Assembly (NCBI GenBank): GCA_963702845.1
Contig: OY969763.1
Coordinates: 960,001-1,024,000, forward strand
Direction: 5' to 3'
From: an uncultured Verrucomicrobiae bacterium
GTDB taxonomy: Bacteria > Verrucomicrobiota > Verrucomicrobiia > Limisphaerales > Palsa-1400
Length of the DNA: 64,000 bases
This document shows, in pieces, positions 25,670-35,815 of this stretch. A program made the translations under genes and the position numbers. A model generated the notes under the pieces. That model was not told the origin of the DNA and searched no databases. It was given only the letters and a program-made list of their open reading frames with translations. Each line of letters starts with the position of its first letter. The first letter of the stretch is position 1.

Positions 25670-28072
25670 ATGAGCGTCCCGGACACAGAATTCATCAGTA
25701 TCCTCGGAGCGACTGGCTCGCCGGAAGGCAGTTCGGAAACTAAAACCTGGTCAAAAGCGCTTCCCGACACCCTGCCGATCCTCGGCCTGTCCGACATCGT
25801 CATTTTCCCGGGCACCGTCACGCCGCTTCTTGTTGAGACAGCGCAAAGTATCCGGCTGATCGACGACGTTGTTGCCGGTGACCGCTTCCTTGGCCTCGTC
25901 CTCCAACGCAGTCCGGAGATCGAGAATCCGTCGCCATCGGACCTATATACATATGGTTGCGCCGGGCGCGTCATGAAGATGCTCAAGTTTCCCGACGGCA
26001 CCGTACGCATCCTCGTGGAAGGCCTGCGCCGGTTCCGCGTCAAAGAATTTGGCGCACAATCGCCTTATCTAACGGCCAAGATCGAAATATTGAACGACCT
26101 TGTGGACGATTCGCTCGAACTCGCCGCCTTGATGCGCAATGCTGAACGCGAATTTCAGGAAATCGTCAAACTGTCCCCAACGCTCAGCGAACAAATCAAG
26201 ATCGCCGCGCTCAATACGGAAGACTCCGGCAAACTCGCCGACCTTATCGCCGCAAACCTGAACCTCAGTCTCGAAGAGCGCCAACACCTGCTCGAAATTC
26301 CGTCCGTTAAAGAGCGCCTCACCCGTTTGTTGCCTTTGCTCAGCCGCGAACTTGAAGTTCTCAAACTCGGTTCCAAGATTCAAAACGAGGTCGTCAGCTC
26401 GATGTCCAAGAACCAGCGCGACTTCTTTCTGCGTGAGCAAATCCGCGCCATCCAGCGCGAGTTGGGTGAAGTCGAACCCGGCGCCGCTGAAGCAAAAGAT
26501 CTGCGCGACCAAATCGAGGCGAACAATCTTCCCGAAGAAGCCAAAAAAGTTGCGCTGAAAGAACTCGAACGCCTGCAGCAAATGCCGCCGGCCGTCGCCG
26601 AGTATACGATGACCCGCAATTACCTTGATTGGATCATCAATCTTCCGTGGTCAAAATTCACCGAGGACAAACTCGACCTCGATCAAGCGGGCCGCATTTT
26701 GGACGAACAGCATTACGGCCTACAAAAAGTTAAAGACCGCCTCCTTGAGTTTCTGGCAGTCATTAAACTGAAACAACAAATCAAAGGCCCGATCCTGTGC
26801 CTCGTTGGACCTCCCGGCGTCGGTAAAACGTCGCTCGGTAAAAGTGTCGCTGACGCGCTCGGGCGAAAATTTGCCCGCATCGCCTTGGGTGGCATGCGCG
26901 ACGAAGCCGAAATTCGCGGACATCGGCGCACCTATGTCGGCGCGTTGCCCGGGCGTATTATTCAAACGTTGCGCAGGGTCGAATCCGGCAATCCAGTCAT
27001 CCTGTTCGACGAACTCGACAAAGTCGGCTCAGACTTCCGGGGCGACCCGGCCTCGGCTTTGCTCGAAGTTTTGGATCCGGCGCAGAATAACACCTTCACC
27101 GATCACTATCTCGATATTCCATTCGACCTGTCGCGCGTGCTGTTCATCACAACGGCCAACTGGCTCGATCCAGTTCACGCTGCTTTGCGCGACCGCCTGG
27201 AAGTGATCGAACTGCCCAGCTACACCGCCTCGGAAAAATTGCAGATTGCGCGTCGCCATCTCGTGCCGCGCCAGCTCGACGAACACGGCTTGAAGAAGAA
27301 GCTGGTCAAATTTCCCGACGCCACGCTGAAAATTTTAATTCAGGACTACACGCGCGAAGCGGGTGTTCGCCAACTCGATCGCGAAATCGCGGCGCTCACA
27401 CGCAAAGCCGCGCGCAAAATAGTCTCGCGCAAATCAATGAATGGCCCGCTGACGATCAAGCCTGAGGAGGTCAAAGACTATCTGGGACCGGCGGCGTTTA
27501 CTTCGGAAATTGCCGAACGGATCACTGATTGTGGCATCGCCATCGGACTGGCCTGGACACCAGTCGGCGGCGAAATTCTGTTCATCGAAGCCACTCGCAT
27601 GGCTGGCCGCGGCAGCCTGATTCTTACTGGCTCGCTTGGTGACGTGATGAAGGAAAGTGCCCACACCGCGCTCAGTTTCCTGCGCAGCCACGCCAAGGAA
27701 CTGAATATCGATTTCACCACCTATCACAAGAACGACATTCACATTCACGTCCCCGCTGGCGCAACGCCAAAAGACGGCCCTAGCGCCGGCGTGACTCTGG
27801 TCGCTGCGTTGGCGTCGTTGCTGACAAAACGTATGATCCGCTCCGACATCTGTATGACTGGCGAAATCAGCCTGCGCGGACGTGTCCTCCGCGTCGGTGG
27901 CGTCAAAGAAAAAGTTCTCGCTGCATCGCGCTCGGGGTTGAAACACGTCATCCTTCCCGATCAAAACAGAAATGATTGGGATGAAGTTCCCGTCGAAGTC
28001 CGCGACAAAATGAAAGTACACTTCGTCAAAAACATCACCGAAGTGATCCCAATTGCGTTGCGTCCGAAGTAG
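25670..28072 (+). CDS. lon: ATP-dependent protease La
   Basis: Lon N-domain, GPPGVGKTS, RGHRRTYVGA, PKDGPSAG (catalytic Ser), GGVKEK (catalytic Lys). Confidence 0.97.
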   Translation: MSVPDTEFISILGATGSPEGSSETKTWSKALPDTLPILGLSDIVIFPGTVTPLLVETAQSIRLIDDVVAGDRFLGLVLQRSPEIENPSPSDLYTYGCAGRVMKMLKFPDGTVRILVEGLRRFRVKEFGAQSPYLTAKIEILNDLVDDSLELAALMRNAEREFQEIVKLSPTLSEQIKIAALNTEDSGKLADLIAANLNLSLEERQHLLEIPSVKERLTRLLPLLSRELEVLKLGSKIQNEVVSSMSKNQRDFFLREQIRAIQRELGEVEPGAAEAKDLRDQIEANNLPEEAKKVALKELERLQQMPPAVAEYTMTRNYLDWIINLPWSKFTEDKLDLDQAGRILDEQHYGLQKVKDRLLEFLAVIKLKQQIKGPILCLVGPPGVGKTSLGKSVADALGRKFARIALGGMRDEAEIRGHRRTYVGALPGRIIQTLRRVESGNPVILFDELDKVGSDFRGDPASALLEVLDPAQNNTFTDHYLDIPFDLSRVLFITTANWLDPVHAALRDRLEVIELPSYTASEKLQIARRHLVPRQLDEHGLKKKLVKFPDATLKILIQDYTREAGVRQLDREIAALTRKAARKIVSRKSMNGPLTIKPEEVKDYLGPAAFTSEIAERITDCGIAIGLAWTPVGGEILFIEATRMAGRGSLILTGSLGDVMKESAHTALSFLRSHAKELNIDFTTYHKNDIHIHVPAGATPKDGPSAGVTLVAALASLLTKRMIRSDICMTGEISLRGRVLRVGGVKEKVLAASRSGLKHVILPDQNRNDWDEVPVEVRDKMKVHFVKNITEVIPIALRPK

Positions 28073-28179
28073 TGGGTCGCCTCGCTCCGGCTTGGTCAGT
28101 TTCCGCCTGAGCCGCCGGTACGCGAAACACTGAATTTGGTAGACAATTGCCTGCGTTTTGGGGCATATCATCCACGTCG

Positions 28180-28653
28180 ATGATCACTCCGGAAGAATTT
28201 CAGCGATTGATCCCGCTAGCCTGCCGTTGGGCCGAGACGCAGGAGCGTTTGATTCTCGAAAACGGACGCTCTCTGACCAGCATCGAGTTGGACCTTGCCC
28301 GCTCCATGGGCATCATGCGCGCTGAACGAATCCGTGTGCTGACCGTTGATGCCGTGCCCTCTCCTGAACAGCCGCTACTACGCCTGGCCGCCCAACAAGT
28401 CGGCCTGTTCAGTTCCGCAACCGCTGGCATGACTTTGCGCTACGGCATCTTCATCCAGAAGAACGGCGCCAACGACTCGCGCCTCGTGGCCCACGAACTC
28501 GGCCACGTACGGCAATACGAACGCATGGGAGGCTTTCGCGCTTTCATGGAACGATACCTGTTCGAATGTATGATGATGGGTTATCCCAACACCCCGATGG
28601 AACAGGAAGCCGACGAAATCGCCGCCAGTTTCAACAACCTGCGCGCCGCGTAG
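28180..28653 (+). CDS. Hypothetical HExxH protein (DUF4157-like putative metallopeptidase)
   Basis: AGMTLRYGIF, AHELGHVRQY, PMEQEA. Confidence 0.7.
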   Translation: MITPEEFQRLIPLACRWAETQERLILENGRSLTSIELDLARSMGIMRAERIRVLTVDAVPSPEQPLLRLAAQQVGLFSSATAGMTLRYGIFIQKNGANDSRLVAHELGHVRQYERMGGFRAFMERYLFECMMMGYPNTPMEQEADEIAASFNNLRAA

Positions 28654-28658
28654 GTTGG

Positions 28659-29900
28659 CTAAAATTCAAAGCGCACGTCACTGAGCCGCTTCGCGATTTC
28701 CTGCAGCACGCGTTTCTCATCCGCTTCATCCTTCGCCACAAACGTCACGCTAAACCGGAGATTCGCCCCGGCATCATCCCACGGCACCGTCGAAATTAAC
28801 TTCTCCGCGATGAGCCACTGCGAAACATCTTCCGCGTTTTTGAACTCAACTCGCGTTTTTCCGGTAACTGCCTTCGGCGCTTTGACGTAAAGGAAGAACG
28901 AACCTTTCGGTTTTGTTGCCGCAAACCCTGCCGTTTTCAAAACATCGACTAACGCGTTCATTCGTCGCGAATACTTCGCGGCAATTTTTTCGGTTATCTC
29001 AGGATGTTCGTAGCAATAGGCAGAAGCGTGCTGAATGGCGAGGAACTGTCCGGAGTCTGTGTTGTCTTTGACATCACCGTAGGCTTTGACGAGCAGTTCG
29101 TTTCCAGCAACGAAACCGCAGCGCCAACCGGTCATGTTGAACGACTTGCTGGTCGAGTGCAGTTCGATGCCGACTTCCTTCGCGCCGGGCGTCGCTAGAA
29201 AACTCAGTGGCTTGCCTTCGAACACCAACGCCGCGTAGGCCGCATCGTGAATGACCACAATGTTATTCTTTTTCGCGAAGTCCACGACCTTGCGAAAGAA
29301 CTCAGGTGTCGCACTCGCGCCCGTGGGATTGTTCGGATAATTGATGACCAGACCCTTCGCTCGTTTCAAAACGTCGGCGGGAATCGAATCGAGATCCGGC
29401 AGAAAGTTGTTCTGCCTCGTCAGTGGCAAATTGTGCACGAGCCCGCCGTAGTATTTGGAGTGTGTTCCAAAAACCGGATAACCAGGCGTGGTCATCAACA
29501 CGTAATCGCCTGGATTAATCAAGGCGGCCGGCAAAATGGATAGAGCGGCTTTGCTGCCGATCGAGTGGATGACTTCCGTTTCTGGATTAATTCCCAGCAC
29601 ACCACAGACCTTGTCGAGATAACGCGCCGCGGCTTGTTTCAGAGCATCGTCGCCATTGTCGGAATAGCCGCGATTCTCCGACTTGCGTGCGGCGGTGTTC
29701 AACCTATCGAGAACTTCAGGAAACGCCATTTCGTCCGGTTCACCGATACCCATGTCGATAATTTCGGCACCGGGATTAGCGGCCAGCGCAGCGCGTTTGG
29801 TCCGTTTGATCCGTTCGAACTTATAAATGGCGGTGGACTTGCCGTAGTTTTTTCCGCCAATGCGCTCGGCAAACAAATTCTGAATGTAGGGTTCCGTCAT
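28659..29900 (-). CDS. dapL: LL-diaminopimelate aminotransferase
   Basis: LFAERIGG, DMGIGEPD, NYPNNPTGA, HDAAY, SKSFNMTGWR. Confidence 0.85.
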   Translation of the reverse strand: MTEPYIQNLFAERIGGKNYGKSTAIYKFERIKRTKRAALAANPGAEIIDMGIGEPDEMAFPEVLDRLNTAARKSENRGYSDNGDDALKQAAARYLDKVCGVLGINPETEVIHSIGSKAALSILPAALINPGDYVLMTTPGYPVFGTHSKYYGGLVHNLPLTRQNNFLPDLDSIPADVLKRAKGLVINYPNNPTGASATPEFFRKVVDFAKKNNIVVIHDAAYAALVFEGKPLSFLATPGAKEVGIELHSTSKSFNMTGWRCGFVAGNELLVKAYGDVKDNTDSGQFLAIQHASAYCYEHPEITEKIAAKYSRRMNALVDVLKTAGFAATKPKGSFFLYVKAPKAVTGKTRVEFKNAEDVSQWLIAEKLISTVPWDDAGANLRFSVTFVAKDEADEKRVLQEIAKRLSDVRFEF

Positions 29901-29940
29901 GCAAAGGCCGGAAGATAAAGGAACCAGCGGATGGATGCAA

Positions 29941-31131
29941 CTAGACGCGCAGGCCGATGACTCGTCGCGCCTGCCCGGTCTGTCGCTGTTGCAATTCGTA
30001 AATGGCTTCCAGCATCCTGGGCATATTCACTTCGTGAACTTCAATTCCCTGGCCGATGCCTTTCAGCAGCGTGATCGTCAGTTCACCGCCGAGATGTTCA
30101 CGAAATTCTTCAAGCCCTTTCAGGACGAGAATCTGGTTGTCGGCATCAATATTGAGCAGTTCGTTGGCGAACAATTCGTAGCCGAGTTTTTCCAGCAACG
30201 TAAGAACCCGATTACACGATGGCGTATCGAGCAATCCGATGTTGCGCGAGTAAATGACGTCAAGCGCGATGCCAATGGCAACGGCTTCCCCGTGCCGGAT
30301 GTTGTATTCGGAAAGCTGCTCCAGTTTGTGCGCGGCCCAATGTCCGAAATCGAGCGGGCGCGCCGAGCCCATTTCAAATGGGTCGCCAGAAGTGGCGATG
30401 TGGTTCAAATGCAATTCCGCGCAGCGGACGATCAATTGCTGCATTGCTTCGGGAACAAACTTCGCGAGCGACTCGGCATCGCGTTCCAGTTTTTCGAAGA
30501 ACTCGCGGTCCCGAATGAGCGCGACCTTTACCGCTTCAACGTAACCTGCGCGTTTGTCGCGTTCGGGAAGTGACTCGAGAAAAGTGGCATCATTGATCAC
30601 GGCGAACGGAGGAGCAAAAGTGCCGATGAAATTCTTTTTTCCAAACGCGTTGATGCCGTTTTTCACGCCAACGCCAGAGTCGGCCTGGCTTAACGTTGTG
30701 GTTGGGATACGCACATGGCGCACGCCGCGATGAGCGGTTGCTGCGGCGAGTCCCGCCATGTCGAGGAGCGCTCCACCGCCGACGGCAATGACATAGGAAT
30801 GGCGGTCAATGTGGAAGCGATCGATCTGGGAATGAATTTCGGAAACGTGGAAATATGAATTCTTCGTCCGTTCCCCACCTTCAATCGTAAGGGGAGGGGA
30901 AACAAGTTGCAGGCAACTGCTCCAGGCGGTGAAATACTGTTCAATTAGTTTCGCGAGTTCCGGTTGTGCAATGGAAAGTGCTTGGTCGAGAACAACGAGA
31001 GCTTTGACGCGATGGCCCGCTTCCGGCGCGAGCACGTTTTTCAACAGAGAATTATCCGGCGCAAACACGTGGTGCGTAAAATGCACGCGGTGCTCGAAAC
31101 TGACTTTGATTGTGCGCTGGATCGACGACAC
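29941..31131 (-). CDS. 3-dehydroquinate synthase-family sugar-phosphate cyclase (EboD-like)
   Basis: GGERTKN, IDRHSYVIAVGGGALLD, PTTTLSQADSGVGVKN, RPLDFGHWAAHKLE, RHGEAV. Confidence 0.85.
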   Translation of the reverse strand: MSSIQRTIKVSFEHRVHFTHHVFAPDNSLLKNVLAPEAGHRVKALVVLDQALSIAQPELAKLIEQYFTAWSSCLQLVSPPLTIEGGERTKNSYFHVSEIHSQIDRFHIDRHSYVIAVGGGALLDMAGLAAATAHRGVRHVRIPTTTLSQADSGVGVKNGINAFGKKNFIGTFAPPFAVINDATFLESLPERDKRAGYVEAVKVALIRDREFFEKLERDAESLAKFVPEAMQQLIVRCAELHLNHIATSGDPFEMGSARPLDFGHWAAHKLEQLSEYNIRHGEAVAIGIALDVIYSRNIGLLDTPSCNRVLTLLEKLGYELFANELLNIDADNQILVLKGLEEFREHLGGELTITLLKGIGQGIEVHEVNMPRMLEAIYELQQRQTGQARRVIGLRV

Positions 31132-31268
31132 GGTTAATTAGCCTGCTTTCTTAGACGTTGGTTGACGAGGTTTTATTGAATTCAGTTGGTACATTTTTGC
31201 GTCGAACACCTTTTTCAATGCATTTGCGCTTGCCAGAATCCCGCGCCGCATTGGATTCTATTTGTCTT

Positions 31269-32132
31269 ATGCCGAAAACGCCCCTGTTCGTGCTCCTGTG
31301 TCTTTGCGCGTCCATGTTCATCGCCTCGGCTGAAACGAAACCGTACATCGTCTTCGTAACTGGCGACCACGAGTATAGCTCGGAGCGCTCGATGCCCGCA
31401 TTGGCGCAATCACTGGAAAAGCAGTTCGGCTTTCGCACGAAGGTCCTTTATGCAACGCAACCTAATGGAAAACGGGATGAGAACTACGAGCAGAATATTC
31501 CCAGCCTTGAAGAGCTGAAAAAAGCGGATCTCGCGATCTTTTTCCTGCGCTGGCGTTTGCTTCCCAAAGAGCAAATCGCTTTGATCGATGATTATTTGAA
31601 ATCCGGCAAACCGCTGATGGGGTTCCGCACGACATCGCATTCGTTTCATTATCCCGCCGGTGACCCATTGGAAAAATGGAATGCGTTTGGAGAATTTGCA
31701 TTCGGCACACCGCCCGGTTGGGGCGCGTCAGGGCATACGCATTATGGTCACAAGTCGACGACCTATGTTTCCATTATCGAGAGTGAAAAAGATCACCCGT
31801 TGCTGAAAGGTATCGCTCCAAATTTCCACGTGGCGTCGTGGCTTTATCATGTTTTGCCAAAATACCCTGCGGCTGGATCTACGTCTCTGTTGATGGGAAC
31901 GTCAGTAAATCCCGACAAGCCGGCAATTCCAAATCCTGTGGCGTGGACTTTCAAAACGCAGTGGGGCGCGCGTTCGTTTTATACTTCAATGGGTCATCCC
32001 GAAGATTTTTCTGTCGAACCGTTTCAGCGTTTGGTCGTAAACGCGGTGTTTTGGTCGCTGGGCAAAACGCCTCCTGAAAAATGGCCGGGCAAACTCGATA
32101 TCAACCTCTCTTACGAAAAGTCAAAAAAATGA
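31269..32132 (+). CDS. Secreted ThuA-like domain protein
   Basis: Signal peptide, VFVTGDHEY, GFRTTSH, PVAWT, RSFYTSMGHPEDF. Confidence 0.85.
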   Translation: MPKTPLFVLLCLCASMFIASAETKPYIVFVTGDHEYSSERSMPALAQSLEKQFGFRTKVLYATQPNGKRDENYEQNIPSLEELKKADLAIFFLRWRLLPKEQIALIDDYLKSGKPLMGFRTTSHSFHYPAGDPLEKWNAFGEFAFGTPPGWGASGHTHYGHKSTTYVSIIESEKDHPLLKGIAPNFHVASWLYHVLPKYPAAGSTSLLMGTSVNPDKPAIPNPVAWTFKTQWGARSFYTSMGHPEDFSVEPFQRLVVNAVFWSLGKTPPEKWPGKLDINLSYEKSKK

Positions 32133-35100
32133 AATCTGTCCGTCGTCTGTTCGCCCTGTTGCTTCTGCCACTATCAGTTTTCGCCCACGAGAAGTTTGAA
32201 CTCAAAGACAACGACATCGTTGCCTTTGTCGGCGGCACGTTCATGGAACGCGAGCAGGAGTATGGGGGCATCGAGCTCATGCTTACGCGTCATGCCATGG
32301 ATAAAAACGTGACGTTCCGAAATCTCGGCTGGAGCGGCGATGTTGTCAGCAGCCACCTGAAAGGTTCCAGCGCACCTGAGCCGCGACAGAAATATGTGCC
32401 CGACCTGTTCAGCTACGTGGGGAAAATCAAACCTACAGTAGTATTCGTCAGCTACGGCATGATGGAATCATTCGATGGGTCAAAGGGACTTGCGCAGTTT
32501 ATCAAAGATTACAATACGGTGCTCGACAGATTGTCTGCTACTACGTCGCGAATCTATATAGTTTCGCCGATTCGCCACGAGGCACTTGGCGGCGCATGGC
32601 CGAACCCTACAACACACAACGAAAACTTGCGTTTATATGTGGAAGCTTTGAAAACGCTAGCGGCTCTACGTGGTCTACCGTTTATCGATCTTTTCGACGG
32701 CATGAAAGGTTCAGCGCTGACGAGCAATGGAGTTCATCTAAATTCAAAGGGCTACGTTGCTGCAGCAAATGCGATAGAAAAGCAACTCGACCTTAGTCGC
32801 GGTGTCAGGCTTTCCCATGATTCCGAAGAACAACTTCGTTCGGCGATCAAGACGAAGAACAAGCAATTCTGGTACTTCTATCGTCCGATGAATTCCGAAT
32901 ACGTCTACTCCGGCGGAACGCGTTTTCAGGACAAACTTGGTCCAGTGCAACATCCCATGAACGTGGAGTTGGATCAATTTTACGCACTCGCGCAAAAAGA
33001 CGATCAAGGCATCGACCAAATGAAGCGGGACATTGCTGCAGGAAAAAAACTCGCGCTCCCGCAACTCAAGAATGATCCCGAATCGGCCGGCAAAACTCGC
33101 CCTGTGCAACGTGATCCCTCCGCGCCTGACCCGGAGGAAGAACGGGCTTCATTCAAAGTTGCCGACGGATTGAAGGTCGAATTGTTTGCCGCCGACCCGC
33201 TGATTGCGAAACCCATTCAGATGGCGTTCGATGCACGTGGCCGGTTGTGGGTCGCGACGACCACGCGCTATCCACAAATCAAGCCGGGCGAAACGCAGGA
33301 CGACAAAGTCGTTATTCTGGAAGACAAAGATGGCGACGGGAAGGCCGATACCGCCACAGTGTTTGCCGACAATCTTTTGATTCCAACGGGAATGCTTCCG
33401 TCGCGTGACGGCTGTTACACAGCCGATGACACAAAAATTTGGTTTTTAAAAGACCCGAACAAAGTTGGTCACGTCACCGATCCTGAAATTGTGTTGTCCG
33501 GTTTCGGCACGGAAGATTCGCATCACAAAGCGCACGTGTTCCGCTGGGGACCCGGCGGAAATATCTATTTCAATCAAGGTGTGTTCCTGCATTCAGTTTT
33601 CGAAACCGCCTATGGAATCCGTCATCTCGCCGGCAACTGGAATCCTGGCATTTGGGAATACGATCCAGCCGATGGCCGCCTGGAAATTTACCTGGCGAAC
33701 AGCGTGCCGCCGAATCCGTGGGGACATTATTGGAATCGTTGGGGTTTCGATTTCCACATCGATTCATCGGGGCAGGGCGGGAGCTACTTGATTTTACCAA
33801 CGGCTGGCCGCGCCTCGACGGCAGTCGATGTCAGAGGTGGTGAAGGTAAACTGGCTGGCGCGGAACTCATCAGCGGGGATCATATTCCACCGGAGTGGCA
33901 AGGGACACTCATCAGCAATCCTTTCAAAGAAAATCGCGTTCACCACTGGGCCTTTCGCGAAGAAGGCGCCGGTTACGCCCTGAAACAACTGGAACCGCTT
34001 ATCATCTCGACGAACAACTCGTTTCGTCCTGTTGAGATCCGCATGGGCCCTGATGGAGCCATTTATATTGCTGACTGGTACAACCCGCTCATCGGCCACA
34101 TGCAATATCACTTCCGCGATCCGGGTCGTGATTTCATCCACGGTCGCATTTGGCGAATCACGTTCAAAGATCGTCCGCTGGCTAAACGTCCGGAGTTTCG
34201 CACGATCGCCGAGACTCTTAATCACCTGAAAGACACCGCGGATTACAATCGCATGCAAGCGCGGCGCGTTTTGACCGAGTCGAATCCGAAAGAAGTTTTG
34301 CCGGCGCTGGCAAAGTGGGTGAACGAACTCGACCCTAACGATACCAACTACGACCACCACCGCCTCGAAGCGCTTTGGGTGTATCAAAGCTGCAAGTCGG
34401 TGCAGCCGGAGCTCCTGAAGATCCTCCTGCGCACCAAAGAACCGAATGCCCGCGCCGCCGCAACGATCGTGTTGCGTTACTGGCGCGATCAAATCAGCGA
34501 CACGTTCGATCTCCTACGCACGCAAGTTGCCGATGAGCATCCCCGCGTTCGTTTGGAATCCGTGATCGCGCTCAGCTATATCAACGACGCACGCGCCGCT
34601 GAATTGGCGACCAAAGTCCTTGATCAACCAATGGACCGTTTTCTCGACCAAGCGCTCAAGAACACCATGCAGGCGCTCAAGCCGTATTGGCAAAGCGCGC
34701 TCCAAGCCGGCCAGCTTAGTTTCGATGGCAGTGCTCAGCGTCAGCAATATATGGTGCACCAGGCGGGTGGAACTGCGGCGAAATTCCCGAAGCACGTTCA
34801 GGACGCGCAATTCCTCAAAACACTCACACAGTCCAACGGCAATATAAAACCGCTCACGCAAGCCGAAATGGCCGAACTCATTTCGCAGGTTCGAACCAAA
34901 GGAGACCCCGTGCGCGGCGAAATTATTTTTCACCGCCAAAGCCTCAGTTGCATGCAATGCCATGCTATCAACGGCGCTGGCGGCCTGGTTGGACCTGACC
35001 TGGGCGGAATTGGGACCGGATCGACTGTGGACTACCTGATCGATTCCGTCCTCTTCCCGAGCAAGATCATCAAAGACAGCTTCGAAACACAGCAAGTTAC

Positions 35101-35725
35101 TACCAAAGATGGCGAAGACGTCATCGGCATCGAAGTCCGCGAGAACAAGGACGAACTGGTCCTCAAAGACAATACGCACCCGGAAATCGTCATTCCCACG
35201 GCGACGATCGAAAAGCGCGAGCATCGTCCGTTTTCTATGATGCCATCGGGTTTGGCCAGCACCCTGACGCATGCAGAATTTATCGACCTGATCCGATTCC
35301 TTTCCGAACTGGGCAAGCCTGGTCCTTACGCGAACAATTCCGCTCCGGTCGCACGGCGCTGGCAAATAGCTGCGCCGGTCCATTCAGATGTCGTTCCGAC
35401 AACTACCTCCGGCTTAAAATGGACACCGGCCTACAGCCATGTCTCCGGCCTTTTGCCCGTGGATGAGCTCGCAAAAACTCCGGCGCTGGCCCGTTGCGAG
35501 GTGGAAGTGACGAGCCCCGGCAAAGTTCAGTTACAATTGAATTCTGTTGAAGGTCTAAAACTTTGGGTCGACAACGAAAGCAAACCGCTCAAAAGCGCGA
35601 CAATTCTGGATCTGCAAAACGGAACCCATGCCTTCACGTTTTTTGTCGATGGCCAGCGCCACGAAGGTTTGCGCGCGCAGTTCGATGAAGTTTCCGAATC
35701 ATCGGCACATTTTCATATAAAATAG
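32129..35725 (+). CDS. PVC-type heme-binding CxxCH protein (SGNH-like, beta-propeller dehydrogenase-like, HEAT, cytochrome c)
   Basis: FRNLGWSGD, FAADPLIAKPIQMAFDARGRLWV, GPDGAIYIADWY, HEAT repeats, CMQCH, GPDL, SMMPSGL. Confidence 0.92.
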   Translation: MKSVRRLFALLLLPLSVFAHEKFELKDNDIVAFVGGTFMEREQEYGGIELMLTRHAMDKNVTFRNLGWSGDVVSSHLKGSSAPEPRQKYVPDLFSYVGKIKPTVVFVSYGMMESFDGSKGLAQFIKDYNTVLDRLSATTSRIYIVSPIRHEALGGAWPNPTTHNENLRLYVEALKTLAALRGLPFIDLFDGMKGSALTSNGVHLNSKGYVAAANAIEKQLDLSRGVRLSHDSEEQLRSAIKTKNKQFWYFYRPMNSEYVYSGGTRFQDKLGPVQHPMNVELDQFYALAQKDDQGIDQMKRDIAAGKKLALPQLKNDPESAGKTRPVQRDPSAPDPEEERASFKVADGLKVELFAADPLIAKPIQMAFDARGRLWVATTTRYPQIKPGETQDDKVVILEDKDGDGKADTATVFADNLLIPTGMLPSRDGCYTADDTKIWFLKDPNKVGHVTDPEIVLSGFGTEDSHHKAHVFRWGPGGNIYFNQGVFLHSVFETAYGIRHLAGNWNPGIWEYDPADGRLEIYLANSVPPNPWGHYWNRWGFDFHIDSSGQGGSYLILPTAGRASTAVDVRGGEGKLAGAELISGDHIPPEWQGTLISNPFKENRVHHWAFREEGAGYALKQLEPLIISTNNSFRPVEIRMGPDGAIYIADWYNPLIGHMQYHFRDPGRDFIHGRIWRITFKDRPLAKRPEFRTIAETLNHLKDTADYNRMQARRVLTESNPKEVLPALAKWVNELDPNDTNYDHHRLEALWVYQSCKSVQPELLKILLRTKEPNARAAATIVLRYWRDQISDTFDLLRTQVADEHPRVRLESVIALSYINDARAAELATKVLDQPMDRFLDQALKNTMQALKPYWQSALQAGQLSFDGSAQRQQYMVHQAGGTAAKFPKHVQDAQFLKTLTQSNGNIKPLTQAEMAELISQVRTKGDPVRGEIIFHRQSLSCMQCHAINGAGGLVGPDLGGIGTGSTVDYLIDSVLFPSKIIKDSFETQQVTTKDGEDVIGIEVRENKDELVLKDNTHPEIVIPTATIEKREHRPFSMMPSGLASTLTHAEFIDLIRFLSELGKPGPYANNSAPVARRWQIAAPVHSDVVPTTTSGLKWTPAYSHVSGLLPVDELAKTPALARCEVEVTSPGKVQLQLNSVEGLKLWVDNESKPLKSATILDLQNGTHAFTFFVDGQRHEGLRAQFDEVSESSAHFHIK

Positions 35726-35815
35726 CGAGACTGGAGCGCGGTATTCATGCGCTTCAATGCATTAAATGACTCGTTGCCCTTGTCAGTGGCGCGCATGTCT
35801 CGTATTCTTTGCAAC

